Assembly: GCA_951406725.2 (NCBI GenBank)
Contig: OX597828.1
Location: 61,256,001 to 61,320,000 of the forward strand
DNA from: Octopus vulgaris
Lineage: Eukaryota
Length of the DNA: 64,000 nt
Direction of reading: 5' to 3'
The position numbers and the translations under genes are program-made. This document shows, piece by piece, positions 1 through 15,192 of this stretch. Position 1 is the stretch's first letter; each line of letters begins with the position of its first letter. The notes under the pieces are model-generated. The model did not search any database, was not told the origin of the DNA, and worked only from the letters and a program-made list of their open reading frames with translations.

Positions 1-183
1 AACCCCAAAGAATCCCTCTCAACACATGTCTATGATGCTCCCCCACTACTTCTGCTCGTGATCAGAGATGCACATATCGTCAGCCACCAAGGGACATGCT
101 CAACTGGTTAAGGTCAAACAACTGACAAGCAAATCTGTGGTATTGAGCAGAATATTTGCTGTAGCCCATCTTATATACCAAGA

Positions 184-185
<2 letters not shown>
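1..185 (-). mobile_element. Copy 1 (5'-truncated, runs off window) of a non-coding (TAA)n-embedded retroposon
   Basis: Closely matches ~26790-26972 and the reverse complement of ~63174-63330; abuts (TTA)n. Confidence 0.75.
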
Positions 186-2009
<1,824 letters not shown>

Positions 2010-2010
<1 letters not shown>

Positions 2011-5000
2011 AATTAAAAAAATTACATAGAAATCACCCTATCACGTACAGTTTATTCTCAAAAGCAATCATTGTATTTTACCATTATGACCGAGTTTGAC
2101 TATTGTCTTGTTTTAATAGCCTAAAACAGTATAATTACTAGGTATGATTTTAAAAACAGGCATCTTGCATCGTTTGGACAGCTTCAGCTACACAGAAAAG
2201 AGCCTGCATCACTGTAACATCAGTCACCCGTAAGCAGAGAGTAGAGAAAGATGCGCTTTACAAGGTCACGTTACTTAAGATAAAATGTTCTTATTTCAGT
2301 TATTTCTTAATGCCGTTTTTTTTTCAATGTATATATGCTACATACATTGCTTTATTGCATCATGTTATATTACAGTGCTTCTTTAATATTATGTATACAC
2401 TTAGATAGTAAATCAAATATATGCTGTTAAAAATGTTCCCTTCTCCTTTCTTTACAGACCTCCACATCATTTGAAGCAAGGATGTTTTCTAGATGTGCAA
2501 CAAGCCTGGATAACTTTTGTTACATTTCTGGCGCGTTTATGACCAAAAGAAAAACATTAATAAATTTGTCAAAAATCTTACTATGCCTACTTTGAAGGGA
2601 AATTAGGCGCCCAAGATAAAAAGTGGGCTCTTCATAAGGCCTGCTCAATTTGCGCTGAAGAACTAAGACAATGGAGAAAGTGCACAGAGAAGTTTTTTTA
2701 AATTTTGGGGTTTCCAAAAAATCACAGTGATAACTACTACTTTTCTTTACATAAGGAGCAGGGACACAATTCGGAGAGTGGGAAAACATTGTTTATTCAA
2801 ATCCCTCATCTGCATTACGACCTGTTACCCATGGACCAAACGTTCCAGTTCCATCCCCACCAGGAAACCATGAAGACTTACATTTGAGTTGTGAGGAGTC
2901 AGAAGGCAGAAATAGTAAATGATCTAGTGGGGAACTGAAGCTCAGAAAGGATTCATCAGAGATATTAGGTTTCAGACTTAGATCCAAGAGTCTTTTAGCT
3001 CCTCCAGCATTATTCTATTAATATCGTAACGGCGTAAAAATAATTTGTTCCTTATATCACTCAAGAAAATGATTCATTTTATTGTACAAAATATGATTCG
3101 TTTTTATTGTTGATCCGAAAACGGTTCTTTTGCCACCTCTACTTGGCCTCATGAAGTAAATTGTAAAAGCTTTGCCACAGAATAAAGATGGCTTCAAAAA
3201 TATACGTAGCAAGTTTTCAGTTCTATAAGATGCCAAAGCCGAAAAGGGTGTATTTGTAAGACAGATATAAAGAAACTCGCCAAGGATGAAAATGTTGAAA
3301 ACTCTCTTGGTGATTTTGAAAAGATGCATGGATTTGTTTCAAAGATGCGATGAAGAACAAGGATCCAAACTACAAAGACATAGTGGGAAGAATGCTGGCA
3401 AAGTTCGAAAATCTTATAATAATTCTGCTTGTCATTGCATTACTCAGCCCGTTGGTAACATTTTCACGTGATCAGAGAAAAAGAGGTAGAGAGAAAAAGA
3501 GGATGAGTGAAGCGTCCATGACGTGAGGTAGAGTGAATATAATTGCAACGCTTTCCTGTGATTAGTTGAAGAAAAAGGGGAAACAAAAGAGAGAGGAGAA
3601 GAGGATAAGGCGAAGAGTGAGGCAGAAAGGGAGACAGAAAGCTAAAGAGGAAGAGAGAAAAGACGGAGAGAGAAGCGTCCATAACATATGTTAGGGGGTA
3701 AGTAATATTAAGTGGTTAAAAAAGTTAGTTGAATGTAGAGGAGAGTTAGAGATGTAATTTTAGTAGGGGGGTGATGTTCTGATGGTGAGATTAAAGAAAA
3801 GCAGAGAGAGAGAGAGAGAGAGAGAGAAAGAAAGAAAGCAAGAAAGAAAGAAAGAAAAAAAGAGACAGATGATGTTGATGGTAACTTGTATTTAATTGTT
3901 TTTTTATATCACCCATCACTTAACGCATGCGCATTCTAAACTTAGAAAGAAACCAGTTTCCTATTCGCCTGCCATATGCAATGGCTATCAATAAATCACA
4001 AGGGCAGACATTTGAGAAAGTGGGGCTATTCTTGCCTGAGCCTGTATTCAGCCACAGTCAGCTCTATGTTGCATCCTCAAGGGCTCGCAAATTATCTGAC
4101 GTGAGAGTTAAAGTGATCAATACTGAGAAACAAGGGAAAAGAAGGAGAACTTACACGAAGAACATAGTCGGCAAAGAAATATTGGATTGAAAGGTGTACG
4201 CAAATTGAAATGTGTATTAGCTCTGACCCATCGCCTTGGCTTAGAAGATACCAACGATGTGGCTTTTAGAATATGTCATGTTAAATTTTTACCTCTGTGA
4301 AAGTGTGACCCTTCTATTTTACATATAAAATCATTTTTTTCTTTTTTACTATAGAATTTTTGTTTTCTAGATATGAAAAGTTTGAAATGTAATTTTTTCT
4401 GTTTATTGGAAAAAATGGAAAAATAAATGTGAATATTTATTTTATGTGTGGTGTATACTGAGTCTATAAAATTGCGCATAAAGTATACATATTATGTATA
4501 TCGTATTTCAATTTCCTTCACTTATCTATGAATAGCAGACGAGCGACTATCTTTTAATACAGACAACACAGGCTACGCTTTCAGGCTTTTGGGATAAAGT
4601 CTTCAGGAACAACCCAATAGGGTCCCGCTGGTGAGCATTAAAGTTTATTTCCTACAAGCTCATTCTGTAAAATCTGGAGGATCTACGTAAGGAGCAGGGG
4701 TAAGATTTAATTAAGACAAGAAGATATGAGGGAAGATGGAATATCGAGATATTGATCCACCAGGAAACCATGAAGGCATACATAGATGGAAGGAGCCTTT
4801 GTAAAAATCTATTTTCTCGCCTTTCAATTGTATTTGTACCGTATTATTTTCCTATCTAAAGTGTCATATTTATTTTCACTTGTTTCAATTTGTCCTACCA
4901 TATATGGAGTTACCTACAAATTATGGTATATTCTATAATTAGATTGTGAAAAAAACTTAGGTAATGGGAGATAGCTATTTTGATATTTCGAATTAGGAAC

Positions 5001-5069
5001 ACACAAATATAGAAAAATAACATACAATTATCAAAGTAATTTTCAAAAATTCCATTTCGCAGCCCTGTG
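2010..5069 (+). mobile_element. Decayed DNA transposon, probably Chapaev3-like (CMC), interrupted by other inserts
   Basis: Hand-read remnants RCATSLDNFCYISG (~2490), PKNHSDNYYF, SALRPVTHGPNVPVPSPP (~2810), LLPPL.LGLMK..VKAL (~3125), NKDPNYKDIVGRML; right end ...gcagccctGTG at 5069. Left boundary uncertain. Confidence 0.55.
3927..4190 (+). pseudogene. Helitron PIF1-like helicase C-terminal fragment
   Basis: QFPIRLPYAMAINKSQGQTF..VG..L..PVFSHSQLYVASSR. Confidence 0.9.
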
Positions 5070-5404
5070 TCGTAGAAGGCTTTTTCAAGCTGTTAAAATA
5101 ACACCATTGTCAGAGCGAGATAGGGACCCGGGTTTCCAAGCAAATATTGGAATTTTGTTTTGGAAAATGGTGCAGAGATATCAAACAACAGAAAGGAAGT
5201 ATAAGTTTTGTTACTCTGAGTGCAGAACCAATCGATTACCTCTCGCTCATCTTTCTCTCCCTTTCCTATGAGAGTTGTAAAAATTCAAGCGAGAGAGGTT
5301 GGGTGCTCCTTGTTTGGTCCATATCTACTTTTGGGCTGCAAATTGTTAATTCTATTGTGTTATAGTCAGAGAAAATCGCAGGCGCCTCCTTCAGGTTATA
5401 AAAG

Positions 5405-6180
5405 TTAAGTTGAGCTAAGTAAATTTTTTGGCTCAAAAAGCAAAAAGCAAGGCCATGTAGGGGGACATGGAGTTATGTACAGGGTGGTGTTCATGCAAAG
5501 AGTTCAGGCCATTTGTGGTCAAGGGAGACTTTGAACCGAGCGGTCGTCGGCATCTTCACTATCTCGTCCGGCAGCTTATTCCACGGATCCGCAACCTGGA
5601 CGGAGAGAACTCCTCTCCTTCGATTGAGATGAAATCGTCGCAGATAGAGCTTTTCGGAGTGACCCCGCAGCCGACGTTCTGGAGCAGGAGTGAAGAACAG
5701 CTCTTTCGAGAGGTTACACTTTCCGCTTATGATGTTGTGAGCAAGAATGAGATCACCACGGCGTCGTCGTTTTTCTAGAGAATAAAGGTCGAGCGTCTTC
5801 AGCCTTTCTTCTTAAGACAAATGCTTCAGACCAAGAACCATGCGGGTAGCCAGCTTCTGGACTCTTTCGAGATGATGTATGTCTTTGAGGAGATAAGGAG
5901 AAGAGGCTTGAATCCCGTACTCCAAAATGGACATAGAGCGGTAGGAATATGGCTGCTGTGAGCATTCCGAATGACGGTCGAATCGAAAACAGAACTCCGC
6001 GTGCTTTGTTGGCAGCATGGACGCACTGGGCCGAAGGCGGAAAGGAAGAATCCACCAAGATACCCAGGTCCTTTACCTGGTCGGTCCTCTCCAGCAGCAC
6101 ACGACCCGGCTCGAAATCAAGTTGAGTTGCAGGAGAAGAGCCAACAGGCATATGACAACACTTTGACACTATAAATGCTC
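5405..6180 (-). mobile_element. CR1/L2-group LINE 3' fragment (RT C-terminus and 3' UTR)
   Basis: VKDLGILVDSS..PSAQC..AANKARGVL and LEYG.QA.SPYL.KDI..LERVQKLATRMV.GL..LS in shifted frames. Confidence 0.85.
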
Positions 6181-6379
6181 ATAAAAGAATACTATTATTT
6201 GTTAAGTAGTGATATAGTGTAGTATTGCCTCTCGCTGGATAAAATACTATTGGTTTTCGTTTATGCAGTGACATTCGTGAAAGAATATGGTGCTTGGTCC
6301 ATTTGAAGTCACCTAAGAGAAGTACTGATCCAATTAGATTAACATCTACTCTATTTTTTTGTATACTGAAACTGTATAC

Positions 6380-6930
6380 CCCTCCCGGTAAAAAGTGGCA
6401 TCACCCTAGATCGAATGGAAAGGCCAAACGGTGCGTGGATACTTTTAACAGAATTTTAAAGGAAGCTAATAAGGAAGCTACGGACGAGGTTGCGATCCAA
6501 CAATTCTTAAGGATATACAGTGTAACTCTGAACCGAAATGCACCAGAAAGAAGTTCATCAGAAGAATTAATGTTGGCCAGAAAGGTGAAGTCAGTATTCG
6601 ATAAACTGTTACCAGTGAAGAAAAACATACGCGTTAGTAAAGATTCTTTAGAATCAGTGATAAGGTTTATGTAAGAATGTACAAAAACGGCAAGCAATAC
6701 TGGGAAGAAGGAGAAATTGTAACATACATGACGTATGATGTAAGAAGCAGAAATGGAATGAAAAGGAGACAAAAATCAGCTTCCGGAATGAGTCAGAGAA
6801 AAGGAACCAACTAGAGTAGAAATACCGATGGATTAACTATATGATACTTTCGGGTTCCAGCACCGTTACAAGAAGTCGAAGCCACACGTACAAGGGAAAG
6901 GAAGAACACTGAATTCCTAAACGAAATATC
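6380..6930 (+). mobile_element. Ty3/gypsy integrase remnant
   Basis: HPRSNGKAKRCVDTFNRILK...FLRIY..T...S.EELM.AR matches the HPQSNG.AER integrase motif. Confidence 0.8.
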
Positions 6931-7080
6931 AGCGTGATGATGATGGTCGCTTTGGCAGTAGTAGTAGTAGTAGAATTCCTAAGAAGAAAAGATATTGAGT
7001 ATATATATGAATTTTTTGCGTAATGAGATAAAAAAAAACCAAGGCTGTATAATAGATATTAGAACATTTATAGATAGAAG

Positions 7081-7201
<121 letters not shown>

Positions 7202-7218
7202 GATTAAAAAATGGGTGG

Positions 7219-7502
7219 GGTTGTACAGTGAAGCTTCATACCCCTGCCGGTAAAACGTGGTAGGACAGCCATTATAAATAGACCAGTAGCAGGTCGTAGA
7301 GAGAGGATCGAGAATCGAATAGTTGAGAATCGACAGTTCTAGTCGATATCTTGCGACAGAAATTAATGTATTACTACTCCGGTACAAAGAGATACAACTG
7401 TATCCGATGACTAGTAACCATTGTGGGTACTAGCGTAAAACAGCAACTACAGTGCAACGGCATTCACACTTCACGCCAATAGGAGGAACCCACTTTACAA
7501 CA
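7219..7502 (+). mobile_element. Probable 3' LTR (~284 bp) of the gypsy remnant
   Basis: Purine-rich tract aaaaaatgggtggg just upstream; terminal inverted repeat GTTGTACAGTG...CACTTTACAAC-A; internal TATAAATA at ~7273; same strand as the integrase. Confidence 0.6.
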
Positions 7503-7659
7503 ATTTTTCAGACCCCCTCTTCAAATTTTCTATCTATAGTACCGGATAGTAGAATGGTGTGACGAACAAAAGAAGCCTTCGGTATCCCAGCGGGGTTCCA
7601 GTGCAATGAGCGGAATCAGTAAAAGTGTGTGTGTATGCGTGTGTGCGCGCATGTATATC

Positions 7660-7692
<33 letters not shown>

Positions 7693-8001
7693 AGTCTGGA
7701 TGTATTCACTTGTAGATGTATCATGGCCGAAACGTTTATATCGTAACTACGAGATCCCATGCTATATATATCCATTCGGTGAGCTTCCACACAGTTTCAA
7801 TCGAGCTAATTTCACTCACGAACCTTCGATCGTTCCAATACTACGCAGTTTTGGGTGGGTTTATATATACTAGTTCATTTCGGCATTTTCATTTTCTGCC
7901 GACTGAAACTGCGCTTGCGTGGTAGATTTTGAAAAAATTATAACATATAAAGATGGGACACGTGCTTTGGTCTCATATTTATAGGTTAGTCTTGAATGGC
8001 T

Positions 8002-8073
8002 CGGTTACTGATGAGAAGTTGCCTAGTAAATTATTTTATTTACTAAAAAATTTGAAACCTATAGGTATAACCG
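8002..8073 (+). ncRNA. Type I hammerhead ribozyme, intact core
   Basis: CGGTTA-CTGATGA-[stem II with TAGTAAAT/ATTTACTA]-GAAA-CCTATAGG-TA^TAACCG; 6-bp stem I. Confidence 0.85.
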
Positions 8074-8302
8074 TAAAATCAAGGTAAAAGTTTAGATTTT
8101 TTCATTCCCTTTGAAATTGCTTAAATTTTGCGAGTAGAAATTGCCTGTTATAGGTAATTTCTCTTTGTGTTTAAATGTACACTATTTTATATTGAAGACT
8201 ATTTTATATTGTCGTCTATTGACTTATTATACATGCTAGGCCACTGGTAGTGAAATTTGTAAAAATTTACTACCCTATATATACATATACATACATACAT
8301 AC

Positions 8303-8335
<33 letters not shown>

Positions 8336-8536
8336 CATATATATATACATATATATAACCCCAAAACACTGTGTAGTATTGGAATGATCGAAGGTTCGTG
8401 ATTGAAATTAGCTCGCTTGAAACTGTGTGGTAGCTTGCCGAATGGACTGCATTGACCGTTGGCGGTTCGACGGCGAACTATTCACTTCTTATATTCCTAA
8501 CATTTTATAGCCAATTACTGCAAACATTACCACTCT

Positions 8537-8568
8537 TACTACTACTACTACTACTACTGCTGCTGCTG

Positions 8569-8633
<65 letters not shown>

Positions 8634-8769
8634 ACTACTACTACTACTACTACTACTGCTGCTGCTACTACTACTACTACTACTACTACTATTTCTACTG
8701 CTACTGCTACTGCTGCTGCTGCTACTACTACTCCTACTACAACTACTACTACTACTGCTGCTGCTGCTG

Positions 8770-8848
<79 letters not shown>

Positions 8849-8870
8849 CACTACTTCTGCTGCTGCTGCC
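8537..8870. repeat. (CTA)n/(CTG)n compound microsatellite
   Basis: Direct reading; source of poly-L/V/S ORFs. Confidence 0.98.
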
Positions 8871-11800
8871 AACGCGACCGCCAAACACCATCACCACCAC
8901 CGCTATCATCATCATCATCACGTTGATATTTCTTTAAGCTTAGCAAAACATATTTTCCGACTTAAGTAAATAATTATTTGTGAAAAATCAACGTGTCTTG
9001 ACAGAAAATATAACGTGGCGAGAGTTGGATGTCGGCAAACGATATGTGATGGGAATGATAATTATCAGAGTGGTATTCCATGTTTTGGGCAAGTTATTTT
9101 AGAGTCTACCAAATATGGAAGGAATTAAAAACAACGCTTTTACCGTTTGTTTGGGGTGATCATACACACGCGTGCGCGCGCGTATACATACATAAATACA
9201 CGCATACACACACATATACAAACACATGCACAAACTTATTCAACCACACGGACAAGCATATGTATTATGTGGGTAGGTAGGTAAGTAGGTAGATAGAGTG
9301 GTGGGTAGGTAGGTAGGTACTTCTGTGAAAGATGAGTAGTCCATGTATTTACAAGAATAAATAACATTAGAGAATCTATTATGTAATGAAGAGTTGTGAA
9401 GGCAAAGAATGGTTAATTATTCTTTTAGACATAACTTACACTTGCCGATGTTTGCATTGTATGGGGGAGCTTCGCTTACTATGGGCCAGGATAGAGTGTA
9501 TGAAATATTTTGAGATTTTATGTTGTGTATATACGTTGCTAAGGAGACTGATAATATAGAATTTGGATTGGAGGAAGAATTCCTGTGTGAACGGTAGTGG
9601 TGCTTGAAATCTACGGTGCCACCGATATATACCCTTGCTTGGTGGGAGTGTTGTTTTATAACACGGCACTTGTAGATTACATTTTTGCGTAGGCAGGAGC
9701 CTCCAAGTGGGCATACTTGGGAAACCTGACAATTGCAAGTTTTCCTACCTGCTCGATGGTTGGGATTTACTGCTAGCGAGGTTGAGCTCCGTTAGTTCAT
9801 TGTTACTGGGGGAGAACCTGAAGTGAAATTTGTATTTGTATTGGATTGTGAGGTGATATTGCAGCTAGTATTTGTTGTTGCGTCGGTAGGATCGTGGGAT
9901 GATGGTTTGAGTCTGGTATTATTTAATTGAGGGGGGTTACTAAGGGTTGTGTTATTGCTACTATGTGGGCTAATTTGGGATACAGTATGAGATTTTAGTT
10001 ATTCTGAGGATTGGTATTGGAATTCGCAATTGCTCGAGGAGGTGATTATGGATCCTAAACTATGTGTGCTGGAGTAGAAGATTTTCGCGGATGATTTGTT
10101 AAAGATGGCATAGTATTTATGCTGTGGTGGAAAATTAAATTTTAGGATTTTGAAGTAGAGTTTAGGTAGAGATTTAATTTGGAGAGAGAAAGGTGGTGCG
10201 ACCCATTAGATTTCTCTCTTCCTGACCTTAGAATGTTTAGAATGTGTGGTTGTAGTAAGTTTATCAGGAGGGGGTGCTTGTAGTTGTTATAGGCTAGGGG
10301 GCGACCAGTGGGGTAGCCAAATGCGATGTGTAGGGTTTTTTTTTAGAGTTGTTGGGTTACTGTAGAGTGGAAATAGTATTAGTAGATTCAGGGTTAGTAT
10401 TAGGAAAGAAATGTGTTATTTTAGTTTTAATCTTAGTATTGGGGATACAATAGATTTTTTCGCTGAAGCCACTTATTTGGAGGGTCTGATTATAATAACG
10501 GGCGTGAGTGTTAAAAATTTCTACGTTAACAGGTAAGTTAGAGATTCTGATAGATATGACTATGACAACGCTCTTAAGGATAAATTTAGGGTGATTAGAG
10601 AGGACATTTATATATTGTAAAGATTGGTTGGGTTTATGGAAACAGTGATATAGATGTGTGTTTAAGTCGAGAATAACATCTAAGGAATTTGCCACCTTAG
10701 TGTCAATTTCGAATTAAATACTCAGGTTATGATTTTTAAAAAAAGTGTGTAGGGCTTTCTTGGTGCATTCCACTGATGATCGAGATAATCCAATCGCTGA
10801 AAGGAGTGCATCATTCCTGTATAGTCTACCGGAGAGGTTGGAGAAGTATTGTTTAATTTGAGAGAGAAGGAATAGGCCAACTAGGTCAGTAACCTGGGCT
10901 GAGTCCGATACGCTTATGGTTACATTGAAGAAATCCGTAGATGAGTTGCGGGTCCAATTATTATCCTTAAAGTGAATTAGAGTCTTCATCGCAGCCAGGA
11001 TGATATTGATGTCAGATCGGGAGATGGGAATATATTTTCGGGTGAACACTAGGGCTTTATTTAAGAAGATTGGTGGTATTGATGAACAATAATTTGGGAT
11101 GTCAAATTGATGAAAATGGATATGTTGTTTATCATGAAGAGAGTGAAACCAAGTGATAACGTCTCCTGTGAAATTCCAGAGCGGAAGCTTAACGTTAATC
11201 CTAACAAGTGGTAGAATACGGTCAATAATACATTTACTAATTCGATCTAAGTCGGATCTAGAGGAGCAGATGAGTCTAATGGAAGGCTTAGTGTAGAGAT
11301 GAGTCTAATGGAAGTCTTAGAGTAGAGGCGAATCTAATGTAAGGCTTAGAGTAGAAGTTGAGTTTGTAGTCCTTTAGGGTAAAGTGGGGGAATATGGTTC
11401 AGTTCTGGTTAGTAAATTTAAATCGGCGATAAGCTTACACTGGATGTTGTTAATCTCATTAAGGGCATTTTTATGTGTATGTTTTTAATTTGTGTTTAGT
11501 TCCTTTGATATGAAGTTAGTATACGTTTCCAAGGGAAGGGAGTAAAGATTGCCGGTTTTGTCAGAAGAGAGTGCAGGTGTAGTGAAGTCCTTATTTTAGA
11601 TGTAATTTTGGATAGTAATTTTTGGAAGAAATTAGTATAATTAGAGAATTACTATAATTAGATCTTTCACAAAATTAGCCAATGCAGGGTTTGGGGGTGA
11701 GCTGTTGTGGGACTTTAGGTTGTAAGTGTCCTTTGCATTAGAATGTGCAGGATAGTTAGATTTTAGGTCATAGTGTAGGGCTTTCCACCTCATTCGAGTG

Positions 11801-12181
11801 ATAAAATTATTAATCTTCTGTAGTAATAGTTCCATATTTAGCTCCCTTGGTGGGATTGGAATATTTTTTGTAGGTATACCCCAAAATTGCTTAGCCATAA
11901 GTGCTATCTATAAGTAATGCTCGACCGAGCAAAAGATATATAGTTTATAGACGAGAAACAGATGTTCTCTGTATAGAATACACTTCATGGTGCTCAAAAG
12001 ATTTAAACTTGAACTGGTAGAGGAGTAAATGTAAGAACAAGCAAGTTAGGCAAGTCAATATACAGAAAATATTAAATACACTTGATACAAAAAACGTACA
12101 TATGTTTACATATAAAAATGTCCGGTTTACACAATAGAAATGATATCAGGAATTAAAGGGGTCGAATAAGAGTTTTACGAG

Positions 12182-12272
12182 TCCAACAGCTGTTTCTGGG
12201 GACTTGGTGGTCCAAAATAATGATTGTAAAATGATTCCATCATCAGATAATACCAGCCTCCGTCTTCAGGGA
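12182..12272 (-). ncRNA. Hammerhead-like motif in the PLE pLTR (sense copy)
   Basis: TCC-CTGAAGA-...-GAAA-CAGCTG-TT^GGA; a second nested CTGATGA at 12240-12246 is an alternative core. Confidence 0.6.
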
Positions 12273-12419
12273 GGTATTTTACATTTGGGGTGTTGACAGA
12301 AAGATTAAAGACGGAATGATTTTGTAGAGAACTAATTCTTCCTTCTAATACACTTAGTTCTCCACAAAATCATTCCATCTTTAATCTCCTTTCTGTCAAC
12401 ATCTAAAATGTAAAATTCC

Positions 12420-12509
12420 TCCCTGAAGACGGTGGCTGATATATCCGATGACGGAATCATTTTACAATCATTATCTTGTATCACCAAGTTCCCAGAAACA
12501 GCTGTTGGA
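12420..12509 (+). ncRNA. Hammerhead-like motif in the inverted pLTR copy
   Basis: TCC-CTGAAGA-...-GAAA-CAGCTG-TT^GGA; mirror of 12182-12272. Confidence 0.55.
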
Positions 12510-12765
12510 CTCGTAAAACTCTTATTCAACCTCTTTAAATCTTGATATCATTTCCATTCTGTGTAAGTCGGACCTTTTTATATGTAAACATATGTACATA
12601 TTAATCTATTTAATACTTTCTTTATATTGACTTGCCTAACTTGCTTTTCCTTACATTTACTCCTCTACCTGCTCAAATTTAAATCTCTTGAGCACTACGA
12701 AGTGTATTCTATACGTAGAATATCTGTCTCTCATCTCTCTCTTTCTGTCTCTCTCTCTCTCTCTG

Positions 12766-12831
<66 letters not shown>

Positions 12832-13620
12832 CTAGATGTACCCACCGTGACCCGTTGGGTCACAACCACACCAAGTTGAAAATGTGGATGTGCAGCAGGA
12901 AAGGAAAAAAATACTGTTTTAAGCTTCAAGTAATAAAATTCTTAAATAATACAGTTCTCCTGCCTTAGTAGGACAACATAAACACAACCAAGTGTTTCTT
13001 TGAAAACATTCAAATGTCCTTCAACTTTTTTCCTTGCTTTCTTCTTTCCCATCCTTGGTTACTACTGTTCTAGTTGAAATATATGTGTACTTCAGCATAA
13101 AGTAATGTTTTTGCTAAGTCATCACTGATGCACAGTGAAAAGAATTCTGTCAATGTTGTTCTCTTATGTTGTTCATTGACAGCCATACATATCCTCATAA
13201 TTTCTGAGCAATATTCTTTGTTCACCTGGTAGATGAACTTGCAGTCTCATTATTGCGGGTGTTCTTTCATGAAATGAAAACCCTAAAATGGATGCAGCGG
13301 CTTCAGATGGTCCAATATACCTACCCATTAGTTATTGACTAATTTCGTTATCATTGTTTATTTGAACAGTAGCTTGATCCTTTCCTTTCAGCTTGTACTT
13401 GACGACGCACATAGCTGACCTCACTGAGGTAACGAATTCAACGTCGCAGTGGCATTTGAATGCTCTTAAAAGAGTTTTAGTATAAGGTACAAACCATTTG
13501 TTGTTTGTTTTTCCATTCTTACGAAATTCAATTCCTCCTATTGCAGCTGATCTTCGTCTATAAAGAGATGTCCCTTAACTGTTTTTTCTACTTTTTGATT
13601 AAGATGATAAAAACTAATAT
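12832..13620 (-). mobile_element. Internally deleted Helitron: Rep fragment joined to the 3' terminus
   Basis: Minus strand WFVPYTKTLLRAFKCHCDVEF..S.....VKYKLKGKDQA and NEISQ*LMGRYIGPSEAA; 3' hairpin GTGACCC-AAC-GGGTCAC then CTAG|T. Confidence 0.8.
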
Positions 13621-14092
13621 TTTATTTCAAATAAAACAGTAATTTTCCCCTTTAGGAAAAGAAATCAAGTACCCGTGATTCAAAAAGTATCTCATAAAAA
13701 TATAGGCCGAATTTCTCCTTCAGCCCACGGCATTCGAAAGTTGTATAAAAGATCAATGGAAGAAAAAAGACAGTAGGAAAAAGGACTTTTTGACGCATCA
13801 ACATTTTCAGGAAAGCAAACTTTGAGTTTAATATAATATATATATATATATATATATCATATATATATATATATATATATATATGATATATATATATATA
13901 TATATATATATTACACACACATAAATTTGAATGTTTACACACATGTTGATTTACATATATATTGTTTGTATAGGTGTATTTGCTTTAGTGTGTAGATATA
14001 TATTTATTTGTATATACACACACAACACACGTGCACAAACACACACACACGCACACACACACAAACGCATACACTCACACGCGCGCATGCTG

Positions 14093-14164
<72 letters not shown>

Positions 14165-14888
14165 TATATATAAGTGCTAATTCTGTTTAGGAACATTGGC
14201 ACACAAGGCACATTACACATAGCAAGTAAACATTTCATTGAAGCTTAAAAATGAAAAGAGTCTTCAAAAACTGTTACTCCGAGCATCAGGTGACCTGTCG
14301 TCAGGCAGTGGCGAGCATTCAGGATCCTGAACCTTGATTCTGAATGTTTGCGTATGCCTTTACTATTATTTGTTTTTCTCGTATGTGTGCATACATGTAC
14401 TTGTATGTATTAATCTGTGTGTGTGTATATATATACAGATGTGTGTAGATATATATGTATATATATACACACATGTATGTATATATGTATATATACATGT
14501 ATGTATGAATGTATGCATGTGTGTATGTATGTGCGTGTGTGTGATTGTGTATGTGTGTGCGTATGTATGTAAGTGTGTCTGTCTATATACGTATATATTC
14601 AGTTTTTAATAATTTCATATTTTTCTCATTCTCGATGTTTCTCTCTCTCAGTAATTGTATCAGACCAGTAACAGTGTTCAGATGAACATAACACATCGCC
14701 CCCCCCCACTCTGATGAGCTGGGAAAACGTGGCGTTTGAATTAATTTAATTGAAATTTTATGAATATAGTAATTAGGTGACAACTGTTGAACACAGTTAA
14801 AGTGAAACATTTTTTGAAGGGTTTTTGCTTTTCTTCCTCTATTTTTGTATACGTATGCATGAATGTCTGTATATATGTATGTGCATAG

Positions 14889-14940
<52 letters not shown>

Positions 14941-14941
<1 letters not shown>

Positions 14942-15160
14942 CTCTTTACTCTCTTTTACTCTTTTACTTGTTTCAGTCATTTGACTGCAGCCATGCTGGA
15001 GCACCGCCTTTAGTCGAGCAAAATCGACCCCGGGACTTATTCTTTGTAAGCCCAGTACTTATTCTATCGATCTCTTTTGCCCAACCGCTATGTGACGGGG
15101 ACGTAAACACACCAGCATCGGTTGTCAAGCAATGCTAGGGGGACAAACACAGACACACAA

Positions 15161-15192
<32 letters not shown>

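Larger units (their letters stand above)
9330..12732 (-). mobile_element. Near full-length decayed Penelope-like element (Naiad-type) with inverted 5' pLTR
   Basis: N-terminal KNIPIP..FITRMRWKAL (11641-11898); RT DSAQVTDLVGLFLL..LYRNDAL; RKREI*WVAPPFS..FPPQHKYYAIFN (~10080-10230); GIY-YIG CNC...CPLGGSCL..NVIYKC...VYIG (~9620-9740); inverted repeat 11953-12335/12354-12732. Confidence 0.85.

Noticed and set aside
8452-8937. Poly-L/V/S ORFs
   Set aside because: (CTA/CTG)n repeat
14285-14310. Minus-strand CTGACGA followed by a CAGGT/ACCTG hairpin
   Set aside because: No GAAA or stem III after the hairpin
14709-14825. CTGATGAG with a distant GAAAC
   Set aside because: Stems I and III cannot be paired convincingly
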